NCBI GenBank assembly: GCA_002389465.1 | Contig: DGOT01000085.1 | Span: 1-33,045 of the forward strand | Reading direction: 5' to 3' | From: Bacteroidales bacterium UBA4459 | Lineage (GTDB): Bacteria; Bacteroidota; Bacteroidia; Bacteroidales; F082 | DNA: 33,045 bases | Shown: in pieces, positions 1-7,510 of the stretch | Layout: each line of letters opens with the position of its first letter | Position numbering within the stretch: position 1 is the first letter of the stretch | The notes under the pieces: model-generated | Databases searched by the model: none | Seen by the model: only the letters and a program-made list of their open reading frames with translations | Told to the model about the DNA's origin: nothing | Made by a program: the position numbers and the translations under genes

Positions 1-90
1 CTCGGTATTCATATGGCACACAACTAGCTAATAAACACAATATCCAAATTTAAGTAAAAAAAACGATTAAACAATTAGCAATGAAAATGA

Positions 91-150
91 TAACCGAAAT
101 TAAGCAATTGTAAACGAAAGTAAATGCTTATAAACGAATGTAAGCACGTG
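91..150. repeat. Three tandem degenerate 20-bp units (TAAmCGAAwkTAA core at 91-103, 111-123, 131-143)
   Basis: Direct reading gives units taaccgaaattaagcaattg / taaacgaaagtaaatgctta / taaacgaatgtaagcacgtg at an exact 20-bp period. The 13-nt cores match 11-12 of 13 positions. The repeat lies in AT-rich non-coding DNA. Confidence 0.6.
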
Positions 151-169
151 TATCTACATCATCCATGTT

Positions 170-540
170 TTCCGTTCACCGCCGCGAGTTGAGGGAGGGT
201 CCGCTATCGAATTCCATATTTTGGTGATAGCGGATAGGTTGAAAATACAAGGAAGGAAGAATCATTGATCTTGCCTGTGCTGATGCGTTGGCTCAATGAT
301 GATGACTGACGCAGTCCGACCGATTGCAGGCGAGCATAACAATTAGGATCGTAGAGCTTTACGATGTGCAGAGGGACGATGCTCTTTGGAAAGATCGGGA
401 GATTCGGGTGAAAAAATCCGTTGGAGCAGCAAATTTGGTAACAGACTTGACTGATCAACCTCTGGTCAGCTGTGTGATGTAATCTTATAGCTGGGTCTGG
501 CGACAAATTTCTTTTTCCGACAACTGATTTTGAACACATT
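170..540. other. GC-normal non-coding block with several local hairpins; candidate structured RNA or decayed gene fragment
   Basis: Hand counts on 60-nt lines give about 42-52% GC here, against about 27-30% in flanking 1-170 and 541-600. The plus strand is closed in all frames. The only ORF (204..539, minus) has implausible Cys/Ser-rich composition. Hairpins: CCGCTATC(201-208)/GATAGCGG(226-233), ATCGTA(348-353)/TACGAT(360-365), CTGATCA/TGGTCAG nested in ACAG/CTGT (about 443-477). Confidence 0.25.
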
Positions 541-613
541 ATAACTAAGTCTAATGCTTCTATTGCTTCTTCAATCTAAATTTCATAATTTAGTTGCAAC
601 TTAAAACCCTATT

Positions 614-1927
614 ATGAAAAAATTAATTCTTGCATTAAGTATAATATTGTTCGGATTTATAACTAATTTATATTCACAATTATGTCTGCCTCAGGGAATA
701 ACCTTCTCTACTCAAGAACAAATCGATAATTTCCAGACAGATAATCCTGGTTGTACTGAAATTGAAGGTTCTGTTACAATTAATGGAGATAATATTACAA
801 ATTTAAATGGGTTAATAGATTTGACATCAATAGGTGGCGATCTCGAAATTGGTGAATTATCAGGTGGGAATCAGGTTCTAAGTTCTTTTAGCGGTTTAGA
901 CAATTTGATGTCAATAGGAGCTTCTTTGCTCATACTTAGAAATAATTCATTACTCTCATTAACTGGATTAGAAAACCTTGAAAGTGTTGGTGCCGGCCTT
1001 TGGGTTTTTTGGAATGATGAGTTACAAAATCTGGCTGGATTAGAAAACTTAGCCAGTATAGGCTATGAGTTACAAATAATTGATAATTCTTTACTTACCA
1101 GCATAATAGGTCTTTCAAATCTAAATTCAATAGGTGAATACGCGTTTATTGAGATTTCGGACAATGATCTATTAGCAAGTCTTAACGGATTAGAAGGATT
1201 AACAACAATCCCTGAGCATCTCTGGATATTATCTAATAATAGCCTAACTGATCTTTCAGGGTTAGATAATATAACTTCTGTTGGATCAAGTCTAGATATT
1301 AGAAATAATAATTCATTGATTAATTTCAATGGACTTGGTAATTTAACTTCAACTGATCATTTCCGTATTGATAATAATAAGATGTTAATGAACTTATTAG
1401 GGATAGGACGTTTGACTTCTGTTAATAATCTAGTTATAGTTGATAACACTGAACTAAGCAGCTTAAATGGGTTAAATAATGATCTTGGTATTGAAGGATA
1501 TTTAATGATAACGGGTAATTCAGTGCTATCAAATTGTGCTGCTGAAAGTATTTGTAATTATATAGATACACCATCTGGAGAGATATATATTAGTGATAAT
1601 GCTGTTGGTTGTAATTCTCAAGAAGAAGTGGAAGAAGCTTGTGAAACAATTTCTATTGAAGAGTTAAACCTAACTCATAGAATTACGATTTACCCGAACC
1701 CCTTCTCGACCTCAACAACCCTATCATACTCTCAAAAGCAACCTTCAACAGTACAACTCAGTGTATTTAACCAGCTCGGTCAGCTAGTTTACCAGCACTC
1801 AGAAGATCAGCAGCAGGGTTCTCAGCAGCTGCAATGGGACGCGCAGGGTCAGGCTGAGGGCCTCTATTATTACAGGCTCCAATCAGGTGAACAGGTTGCT
1901 AATGGGAAGATGGTGAAGGTGAGGTAA
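614..1927 (+). CDS. Secreted leucine-rich-repeat protein with C-terminal T9SS (Por) sorting domain
   Basis: 437-aa ORF with a signal peptide (MKKLILALSIILFGFITNLYS|Q). It has more than 12 tandem units of about 22-24 aa of the type L-x-x-L-x-G-L-x-N-L-x-S-I-G-x-x-L-x-I-x-x-N. The last ~80 aa (ITIYPNPFSTSTTLSY...GLYYYRLQSG...KMVKVR) fit the type-A T9SS C-terminal domain pattern. Confidence 0.8.
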   Translation: MKKLILALSIILFGFITNLYSQLCLPQGITFSTQEQIDNFQTDNPGCTEIEGSVTINGDNITNLNGLIDLTSIGGDLEIGELSGGNQVLSSFSGLDNLMSIGASLLILRNNSLLSLTGLENLESVGAGLWVFWNDELQNLAGLENLASIGYELQIIDNSLLTSIIGLSNLNSIGEYAFIEISDNDLLASLNGLEGLTTIPEHLWILSNNSLTDLSGLDNITSVGSSLDIRNNNSLINFNGLGNLTSTDHFRIDNNKMLMNLLGIGRLTSVNNLVIVDNTELSSLNGLNNDLGIEGYLMITGNSVLSNCAAESICNYIDTPSGEIYISDNAVGCNSQEEVEEACETISIEELNLTHRITIYPNPFSTSTTLSYSQKQPSTVQLSVFNQLGQLVYQHSEDQQQGSQQLQWDAQGQAEGLYYYRLQSGEQVANGKMVKVR

Positions 1928-2218
1928 GACAGATTTACAGCAAGTTTATTAAGCTGATCCAACTCTTTTAAAAGCTCATAAAAACTTTTAGATATCTACC
2001 AGGTTAGGGCTACGGATAATCTGCCACTTACACATTAATATTTGTAAGGTTTGTTTATTTGCATGTAGGTACGCCAAACCCTTGTGAACTCAATTTGATT
2101 AGATTGCAAGGAATACGCTACTTCGGCCTCGTGGTTTGTCTCAAAACATGTCAAGGTCGTCAATTACTACAATTCGGGGTACTCTCTCATTTATCTTAGC
2201 CATTAACGTATAAAAGCG

Positions 2219-2226
2219 TACCTTTG
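2219..2226 (+). promoter_or_regulatory. Bacteroidota -7 promoter box (TACCTTTG) for the cold-shock-domain gene
   Basis: Exact match to TAnnTTTG, 36 nt upstream of the ATG at 2263. Confidence 0.4.
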
Positions 2227-2262
2227 CCAAAACTAATTATCACTTAAAATAAAATATTATTT

Positions 2263-2712
2263 ATGGGAAGATCGCAAGAAACATTCAACAAAAAGGAAGT
2301 AAGAAACAAGAAAGAGAAAAAGAGAAAAGAAAAAGAAAAGAAGAAGCTGGCTAAAAAAGAAAGCGGCAAAAATAGCATGGACGATATGATCGCTTATGTT
2401 GACGAAAATGGTATGTTGACCTCCGAACCTCCCGATCCCACCAAAAAGAAAAAAAATATTAAGCTGGAAGACATCGAAATAGGGACTCCTCAACGAGCCG
2501 AAGAGGAATTCGACCCTGTTCGAAAAGGAATTGTTTCTTTCTTTAACGACTCAAAGGGTTTTGGTTTTATCAAAGACCTCGAAACCAAAGAAAGCATCTT
2601 CGTTCATGTAAACAATACACTGGAAGAAATAAAAGAAGGAAACCTGGTCAGCTTTGAAGTGGAAAAGGGCCACAAAGGTTTAGCTGCTATCAAAGTAAAA
2701 ATTTCCAGGTAA
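2263..2712 (+). CDS. Cold-shock-domain (CspA-family) protein with Lys/Glu-rich N-terminal extension
   Basis: The C-terminal ~65 aa contain RNP-1-like KGFGFI and RNP-2-like IFVHV motifs (GIVSFFNDSKGFGFIKDLETKESIFVHVNN...). The N-terminal ~80 aa are low-complexity K/E-rich (KKEVRNKKEKKRKEKEKKKLAKKE). Confidence 0.85.
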   Translation: MGRSQETFNKKEVRNKKEKKRKEKEKKKLAKKESGKNSMDDMIAYVDENGMLTSEPPDPTKKKKNIKLEDIEIGTPQRAEEEFDPVRKGIVSFFNDSKGFGFIKDLETKESIFVHVNNTLEEIKEGNLVSFEVEKGHKGLAAIKVKISR

Positions 2713-2737
2713 TCATATCCCGGTCATTAGTTCAAAA

Positions 2738-3811
2738 TTATACTTTGTACACAAATGCATTGATGTTCATGCCCGAACCTACCGAGGCAAAGAGCAATAC
2801 ATCACCCTGTTCGATAGTATGGCCTTTAAAATGCTCTTTGCGTACCAGATCCCACAAGGTAGGTATGGTGGCTACCGAACTATTTCCTAATTTGTCTATA
2901 CTCATAGGCACCATGTTTTCAGGCACTTTCCTGATGCCGTAAAGTTTGAAGAAACGTTTAATAATAGCATCATCCATTTTTTCGTTGGCCTGGTGAATCA
3001 GTATTTTTTTTACTTCATCAACAGTTCTACCCGATTCCTCCAGTGCGGCTTTCATCGCCTGCGGAACATGGTTAAGGGCAAATTCATAAATTTTTCGCCC
3101 ATCCATTTTAATGTTAAGAAGGAGGTTGTCGGCATCGGGACCATAACTGGCTCCGTAGCGTAAGTAATAAGCTTCATCGAATGTATAGCTTTCCGATGCA
3201 TAAGCCAGAATCCCGGAGTTGTCATTCGTCTCTTTTTTCGAAACCACACAGGCTCCTGCCCCATCCGAATAGATCATCGAATCCCTGTCGTGTGGATCAT
3301 TAACACGACTTAATGTTTCGGTACCGATGATTAGGCAGTTTTTTGCGATCCCCGATTTAATGTAGGCATCTGCCTGAATGATTCCCTGGATCCATCCGGG
3401 ACAACCGAAAATAATGTCGTAAGCAACACACGAAGGATTCTTAATTTTCAGATTGTGTTTTATGCGTGCTGATATACTTGGTAATATATTCGATTGCTGG
3501 TTATTAATGGAAACGTCACCAAAATTATGAGCTACAATGATTTGATCGATTGATTCAGCATCAATACCGGCGTCTTCCAGAGCTCGCTGCGCAGCAATTG
3601 TTCCCATGTCCGAATTGCACATCTCCTCTTTAGCATAACGTCTTGATTCAATGCCTGTGATTTCAAGAAACTTTTGTATGATCTCATCATTCCCTTGCGG
3701 AAGCTGTGTTTTTTTGTCGTCATAAAAAGTATTGCTCAAAAAATCGGAATTGTCCTTGGCAATGGTCGGGATGTAACTTCCCGTACCACTTATTTTGGAT
3801 GTAATATGCAT
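2738..3811 (-). CDS. 3-oxoacyl-ACP synthase III (KAS III / FabH-like) family protein
   Basis: 357-aa ORF with thiolase-fold KAS III signatures: candidate catalytic Cys in IIFGCPGW, His in LIHQANEK and Asn in LGNSSVATIP. Confidence 0.8.
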   Translation of the reverse strand: MHITSKISGTGSYIPTIAKDNSDFLSNTFYDDKKTQLPQGNDEIIQKFLEITGIESRRYAKEEMCNSDMGTIAAQRALEDAGIDAESIDQIIVAHNFGDVSINNQQSNILPSISARIKHNLKIKNPSCVAYDIIFGCPGWIQGIIQADAYIKSGIAKNCLIIGTETLSRVNDPHDRDSMIYSDGAGACVVSKKETNDNSGILAYASESYTFDEAYYLRYGASYGPDADNLLLNIKMDGRKIYEFALNHVPQAMKAALEESGRTVDEVKKILIHQANEKMDDAIIKRFFKLYGIRKVPENMVPMSIDKLGNSSVATIPTLWDLVRKEHFKGHTIEQGDVLLFASVGSGMNINAFVYKV

Positions 3812-3844
3812 ATTTACTATCGTTCGTTAACTATCAAAATCGTG

Positions 3845-3852
3845 CAAAATTA
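3845..3852 (-). promoter_or_regulatory. -7 promoter box (TAATTTTG on minus strand) for the KAS III gene
   Basis: The plus strand reads CAAAATTA, an exact TAnnTTTG on the minus strand, 33 nt upstream of the start codon at 3811. Confidence 0.4.
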
Positions 3853-4014
3853 GCATAATTGAAGAACATGTGAGGAAACAATCGGAATCGAGTAGCTTTT
3901 TTTTCAAACCAGACTGTTTTATTATGTTTTGTAAGTATGACGGAGTTTCTTCGTCTAAGCTATTATTCGACACTAATTTAATACACTAGTCGTTTATAAA
4001 ACAATAAAACACAA

Positions 4015-4530
4015 ATGGTAAAGACAAAAATAACGATACTTCTTCTCTTCCTGCTTATGATCCTTGGTCTGGTGTCGTGTAAAAAAGACAACACGCCCGA
4101 AAGAACAGAAGGAATTGGCACAGGCAATGTTGCGCCCGATTTCACTTTACCCGACATTTCCAATAACGATCAGTCGCTTTCCGATTACAGGGGAAAGCTT
4201 GTGCTCGTACAATTCTGGGCCTCCTGGTGTTCTTTTTGCCGGGCTGAAAATCCTGAGCTGGTCACTCTGCTCGACGAGTACAAAGAGAAAGGGCTTGAAA
4301 TACTGGGTGTTTCGCTGGACACGGAAAGTGATAACTGGATGAACGCCATTGAAGATGACCATCTTAATTTCGTGCACCTTAGCGATTTAAAGGGTTTTAA
4401 CTCACCTATTGCCGAGACCTACGAAGTAAGTAACATTCCGCAAATGTTTTTAGTTGATGAGAACGGTGTAATCATCCTGATCACGAGTAGCACTTCAACC
4501 GTTGCCGGCAAAGTAGAACAGTATTACTAA
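4015..4530 (+). CDS. TlpA-family thiol:disulfide oxidoreductase (thioredoxin-fold lipoprotein)
   Basis: 171 aa. The signal peptide ends in a lipobox-like LVSC. It has a CxxC active site (WASWCSFC) and redoxin-like context (FTLPD...GKLVLVQFWASWC). Confidence 0.85.
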   Translation: MVKTKITILLLFLLMILGLVSCKKDNTPERTEGIGTGNVAPDFTLPDISNNDQSLSDYRGKLVLVQFWASWCSFCRAENPELVTLLDEYKEKGLEILGVSLDTESDNWMNAIEDDHLNFVHLSDLKGFNSPIAETYEVSNIPQMFLVDENGVIILITSSTSTVAGKVEQYY

Positions 4531-4585
4531 ATTCCGTTTTCTTAATTCCGGACGCTTCAAAGATTGTATCAAATCATAGCTTTCT

Positions 4586-4593
4586 TATTTTTG
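4586..4593 (+). promoter_or_regulatory. -7 promoter box (TATTTTTG) 6 nt upstream of the ATG at 4600
   Basis: Exact TAnnTTTG. It lies inside the TTG-extended version of the ORF (4564), which supports 4600 as the true start. Confidence 0.4.
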
Positions 4594-4599
4594 TACGTG

Positions 4600-5589
4600 A
4601 TGAATGAGGTACTTCAAATTTACCTGGCCCCTTTTCAGGGGATAACAGGAGTCGTTTTCAGGACGATCTTTACACAACATTTCACGGGTGTCGATAAGCT
4701 ATATACCCCGTTCTTTACGGGTATTTACAAAAAGAAAAACCTGACAACCCGTTCCGATGAACTGGATGTAACCCAGTACCGTAAACGTCCTTTAGTACCT
4801 CAAATTCTGAGCAAAGATGCAGAAGAAATCATGCGTTTTTCCACGTATTGTGCCGAAAAGGGGTTTGATGAAGTAAACTGGAACCTGGGATGTCCCTATC
4901 CCCGTGTAGCCAACAAAAAAAGAGGTTCAGGCATGTTGCCCTATCCCGATATGGTGGCAGAGCTACTGGAAAATATGCGGGGGAAGCTACCGCTGAAGCT
5001 CTCGGTAAAGTGCCGGTTGGGGTACTATTCGGCTGATGAAATATTTGATCTGATTCCGATTTTTAATGAGTACAAAATCTCAGAGTTGATTATTCATGCC
5101 CGCATTGGCAAACAACTATACAAAGGGGAAGCGGATACGGACACGTTTAAAAAATGCATTGACTTATGCGCAACTCCCCTGGCCTATAACGGGGATATTT
5201 TTGCAGCGGATGATCTCCGAAGCCTGCAGCAACAATTCCCTGCAGTTAACCGGTGGATGATCGGCCGTGGATTGCTGATGGATCCGTTCTTACCGGGAGA
5301 CATAAAGGGAATAGTTTTCGAAGGAGACCGTATGACCAAAGTACAACAATTTGTCACGGACCTGTATCTCGCTTACCGGAAAAAAACGAACGACCGCCTG
5401 CAGGCTATCAGTGTGATGAAAGAGTTGTGGGGATTTCTGCAGTATTCATTCGATGACCCACACAAAGTATTTAACTACATCAAAAAGTGCAAATCGTTTG
5501 ATGAATATGAGCAGGCAGTTTCGGGTATTTTTAATCGGCACACCTGGCTAGGAGCTGAGGGGAAGCGATTTAATTCCTCAACAGCTTGA
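4600..5589 (+). CDS. tRNA-dihydrouridine synthase (Dus family)
   Basis: Dus-like motifs in order: LAPFQGITGVVFR, VNWNLGCPYPRV...GSGML, LSVKCRLG, LIIHARIG. I prefer the start at ATG 4600 (Met13 of the tracked 4564 TTG ORF) because of the promoter box at 4586-4593. Confidence 0.75.
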   Translation: MNEVLQIYLAPFQGITGVVFRTIFTQHFTGVDKLYTPFFTGIYKKKNLTTRSDELDVTQYRKRPLVPQILSKDAEEIMRFSTYCAEKGFDEVNWNLGCPYPRVANKKRGSGMLPYPDMVAELLENMRGKLPLKLSVKCRLGYYSADEIFDLIPIFNEYKISELIIHARIGKQLYKGEADTDTFKKCIDLCATPLAYNGDIFAADDLRSLQQQFPAVNRWMIGRGLLMDPFLPGDIKGIVFEGDRMTKVQQFVTDLYLAYRKKTNDRLQAISVMKELWGFLQYSFDDPHKVFNYIKKCKSFDEYEQAVSGIFNRHTWLGAEGKRFNSSTA

Positions 5590-5610
5590 AGGTGTCCATA
5601 TCTTTTTTCT

Positions 5611-5640
5611 GTTCACCGACCAAACATAGCCATTCACCGA
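5611..5640 (+). promoter_or_regulatory. Pair of 9-bp direct repeats (gTTCACCGA / aTTCACCGA) with 12-bp spacer; candidate LytTR-regulator binding site
   Basis: TTCACCGA occurs at 5612-5619 and 5633-5640 (21-bp period). The second repeat ends 30 nt upstream of the -7 box at 5671, in front of the operon that encodes the LytTR regulator. Confidence 0.45.
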
Positions 5641-5670
5641 TTTTTTATTTACATTAGTGGCGTTGCAACG

Positions 5671-5678
5671 TAGTTTTG
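5671..5678 (+). promoter_or_regulatory. -7 promoter box (TAGTTTTG) for the LiaF-like/kinase/LytTR operon
   Basis: Exact TAnnTTTG, 28 nt upstream of the ATG at 5707. Confidence 0.45.
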
Positions 5679-5706
5679 CCTTGTAAACCACGTAAAGAAA
5701 GTTAAA

Positions 5707-6423
5707 ATGGAAGAAAGAAGATCATCAATCGACAGAAAACTAATAACAGCCATTATCCTAATTGCAGCAGGATTATTATTGATGCTTAGCACATTTGATC
5801 TCATTGATCTGCCGCTATGGCATTACATCATGAACTGGAAAACATTCCTGATTGCTCTCGGTTTAATATTGGTTGTTTCTCCTGAACACCGGACAACCGG
5901 TTATATACTGATGGGACTGGGCGTTCTTTTCTGGGTACCCAGTTTTTTGGGAGCCAACGTAAGTCTACACCAGGTATTCTGGCCGGGGGTATTGATAGCT
6001 GTCGGATTGATCATTATCAGCAGAAGAAGAAAACAAGGACATCATGCGGCTAGAATCCGAAATGAAGATGGTTCTATAGCCACCGACTATATAAGTGATA
6101 TAGCAATTTTTGGCGGAGGTGTGTTGCGCATCGATTCGCGAAACTTTAAAGGAGGAACTTTAACTGCCATATTTGGCGGACGCGAGATCAACCTGAAATC
6201 TGCCCTAATATCACCTGAAGGCAGCGTTATTGATGTATTTACTATGTTTGGAGGTACGAAACTTATCGTTCCCGATGATTGGCAGGTGAGATCGGATGCG
6301 GTTTCGCTGTTCGGGGGGTTTTCCGACAAACGTCCCGTAAAACCTGAAGCGGCAGCCGAAAACAAAGTGCTGCTGATAACCGGCATGGTCATGTTTGGCG
6401 GAGTAGAAGTGAAAAGTTTTTAA
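5707..6423 (+). CDS. Membrane protein with LiaF/YvqF-like C-terminal domain (cell-envelope stress module component)
   Basis: 238 aa. The N-terminal half has 3-4 hydrophobic helices. The C-terminal half has repeated FGG-containing beta-strand motifs (IFGGGVLRID, AIFGGREINL, TMFGGTKLIVPDDW, SLFGGFSDK, VMFGGVEVK), as I recall for LiaF-type domains. It sits directly upstream of a LytS-type kinase. Confidence 0.6.
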   Translation: MEERRSSIDRKLITAIILIAAGLLLMLSTFDLIDLPLWHYIMNWKTFLIALGLILVVSPEHRTTGYILMGLGVLFWVPSFLGANVSLHQVFWPGVLIAVGLIIISRRRKQGHHAARIRNEDGSIATDYISDIAIFGGGVLRIDSRNFKGGTLTAIFGGREINLKSALISPEGSVIDVFTMFGGTKLIVPDDWQVRSDAVSLFGGFSDKRPVKPEAAAENKVLLITGMVMFGGVEVKSF

Positions 6424-6455
6424 TGAGCTGTATCACAAAAGAATAAGAAAGCGAC

Positions 6456-7505
6456 ATGCACAACCCGATTGCTAAAAATAAAAATTACCTCTTCACTTTT
6501 TTCGTTTTATGGCTGGCTATCATCGGTATCCATACGGGAGTTATTATTTTTTTATACCAGATAGAGTGGCGGATAAGCCTTACTGACGCTGCTGTATTTA
6601 ACACAACTTTTGCCATTCTGGGATACAACCTCTGGTATGTTATCCGGTTTAGTTTACGTGAGAAGAAATCAGCTTTTGACCTGGTTACTAATCATCTTAT
6701 GGTGTCCGTGGTTATTATTGCCGCCTGGCTTGTCATAGGGTATTTTACCATGAAAAGCTTATATGGTATTAACGAGTCGTATATACAGTTTTTAAATGAC
6801 AGTTTGTTGTGGCGGGCAATCACAGGCATCTTTTTTTATCTCTTCTTTGTTCTTTTCTATTATGTGATCATTTACTACGAAGACTTACAGGACAAACTGA
6901 ATGTGGAAGCCGAACTGCAAAACCTGGTAAAAGAGGCCGAATTGAACGCTCTGAAATCGCAAATTAACCCTCATTTTTTATTCAACAGTTTAAATTCAAT
7001 TAGTTCGCTGACCATTACCAACCCTGAGGCGGCTCAGGAAATGGTTGTTAAATTATCTGATTTTCTGCGTTATTCGTTGAGCCATGATAAAGACGAAAAA
7101 GCCAGCCTGCAGGAGGAGATTGAGAACCTGAACAGGTATCTGGATATTGAAAAGATTCGTTTTGGAAAACGTCTCAATTTCATGTCGGATATTTCGGAAA
7201 ATTGTTATGGTTTTGACATTCCGAACATGATCCTGCAACCATTGATCGAAAACTCGATCAAGCACGGTGTATACAACAGTACCGAAGAGGTGTTGGTGGA
7301 ATTGAAATGTACCTCCGATGATCATTATTTTATTGTGGAGATCAGCAACGAATACGATCCTGAAGCCGTTAAAAAGAAAGGCCAGGGCATTGGCCTGAAA
7401 AACATTAAAAAGCGGTTACAGTTAATCTACCGACGCGATGATTTATTTGAGACCGCAGCCGATGGTAACATATTTAAAGCTATATTGAAACTCCCTAAAA
7501 ATTAA
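6456..7505 (+). CDS. Sensor histidine kinase, LytS/YehU type
   Basis: 349 aa with a multi-TM N-terminus. It carries the signature LKSQINPHFLFNSLNSI (His_kinase / LytS-type phospho-acceptor region) and C-terminal ATPase motifs (LQPLIENSIKHG, GQGIGLKNI). Confidence 0.85.
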   Translation: MHNPIAKNKNYLFTFFVLWLAIIGIHTGVIIFLYQIEWRISLTDAAVFNTTFAILGYNLWYVIRFSLREKKSAFDLVTNHLMVSVVIIAAWLVIGYFTMKSLYGINESYIQFLNDSLLWRAITGIFFYLFFVLFYYVIIYYEDLQDKLNVEAELQNLVKEAELNALKSQINPHFLFNSLNSISSLTITNPEAAQEMVVKLSDFLRYSLSHDKDEKASLQEEIENLNRYLDIEKIRFGKRLNFMSDISENCYGFDIPNMILQPLIENSIKHGVYNSTEEVLVELKCTSDDHYFIVEISNEYDPEAVKKKGQGIGLKNIKKRLQLIYRRDDLFETAADGNIFKAILKLPKN

Positions 7506-7510
7506 TTCAA

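Noticed and set aside
1-12. Possible 5' end of a leftward gene (ATG on the minus strand at 12-10, preceded by a TAAATTTG box at 45-52 on the minus strand)
   Set aside because: Only four codons are inside the window, so a CDS call cannot be supported.
188-460. Possible RNase P RNA (GAGGGAGGGTCC resembles CR-I GAGGAAAGTCC; ACAGACTTGACT resembles the CR-V ACAGAAnCCGGCTTA region) or cobalamin riboswitch (GGGAGATTCGGGTGAAAAAATCC)
   Set aside because: The universally conserved A residues of CR-I are replaced, and no P4 pairing can be drawn between the two candidate segments. For the riboswitch idea there is no GCCACTG-type B12 box, and the downstream gene is unrelated to cobalamin. The resemblances are short and probably fortuitous.
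204-539. 111-aa minus-strand ORF from the track (MCSKSVVGKRNLSPDP...)
   Set aside because: The composition is not protein-like: many Cys/Ser/Pro, no hydrophobic periodicity and no recognisable motif. It has no upstream promoter box. It coincides with the GC-normal block, which I treat as non-coding or a decayed fragment.
4564-4599. N-terminal extensions in the ORF track (4564 TTG for Dus; also 8267 for the T9SS cargo gene and 9718 for the nitroreductase)
   Set aside because: Each extension overlaps the upstream gene or a promoter box and lacks signal-peptide logic. Internal ATGs at 4600, 8345 and 9817 give canonical N-termini.
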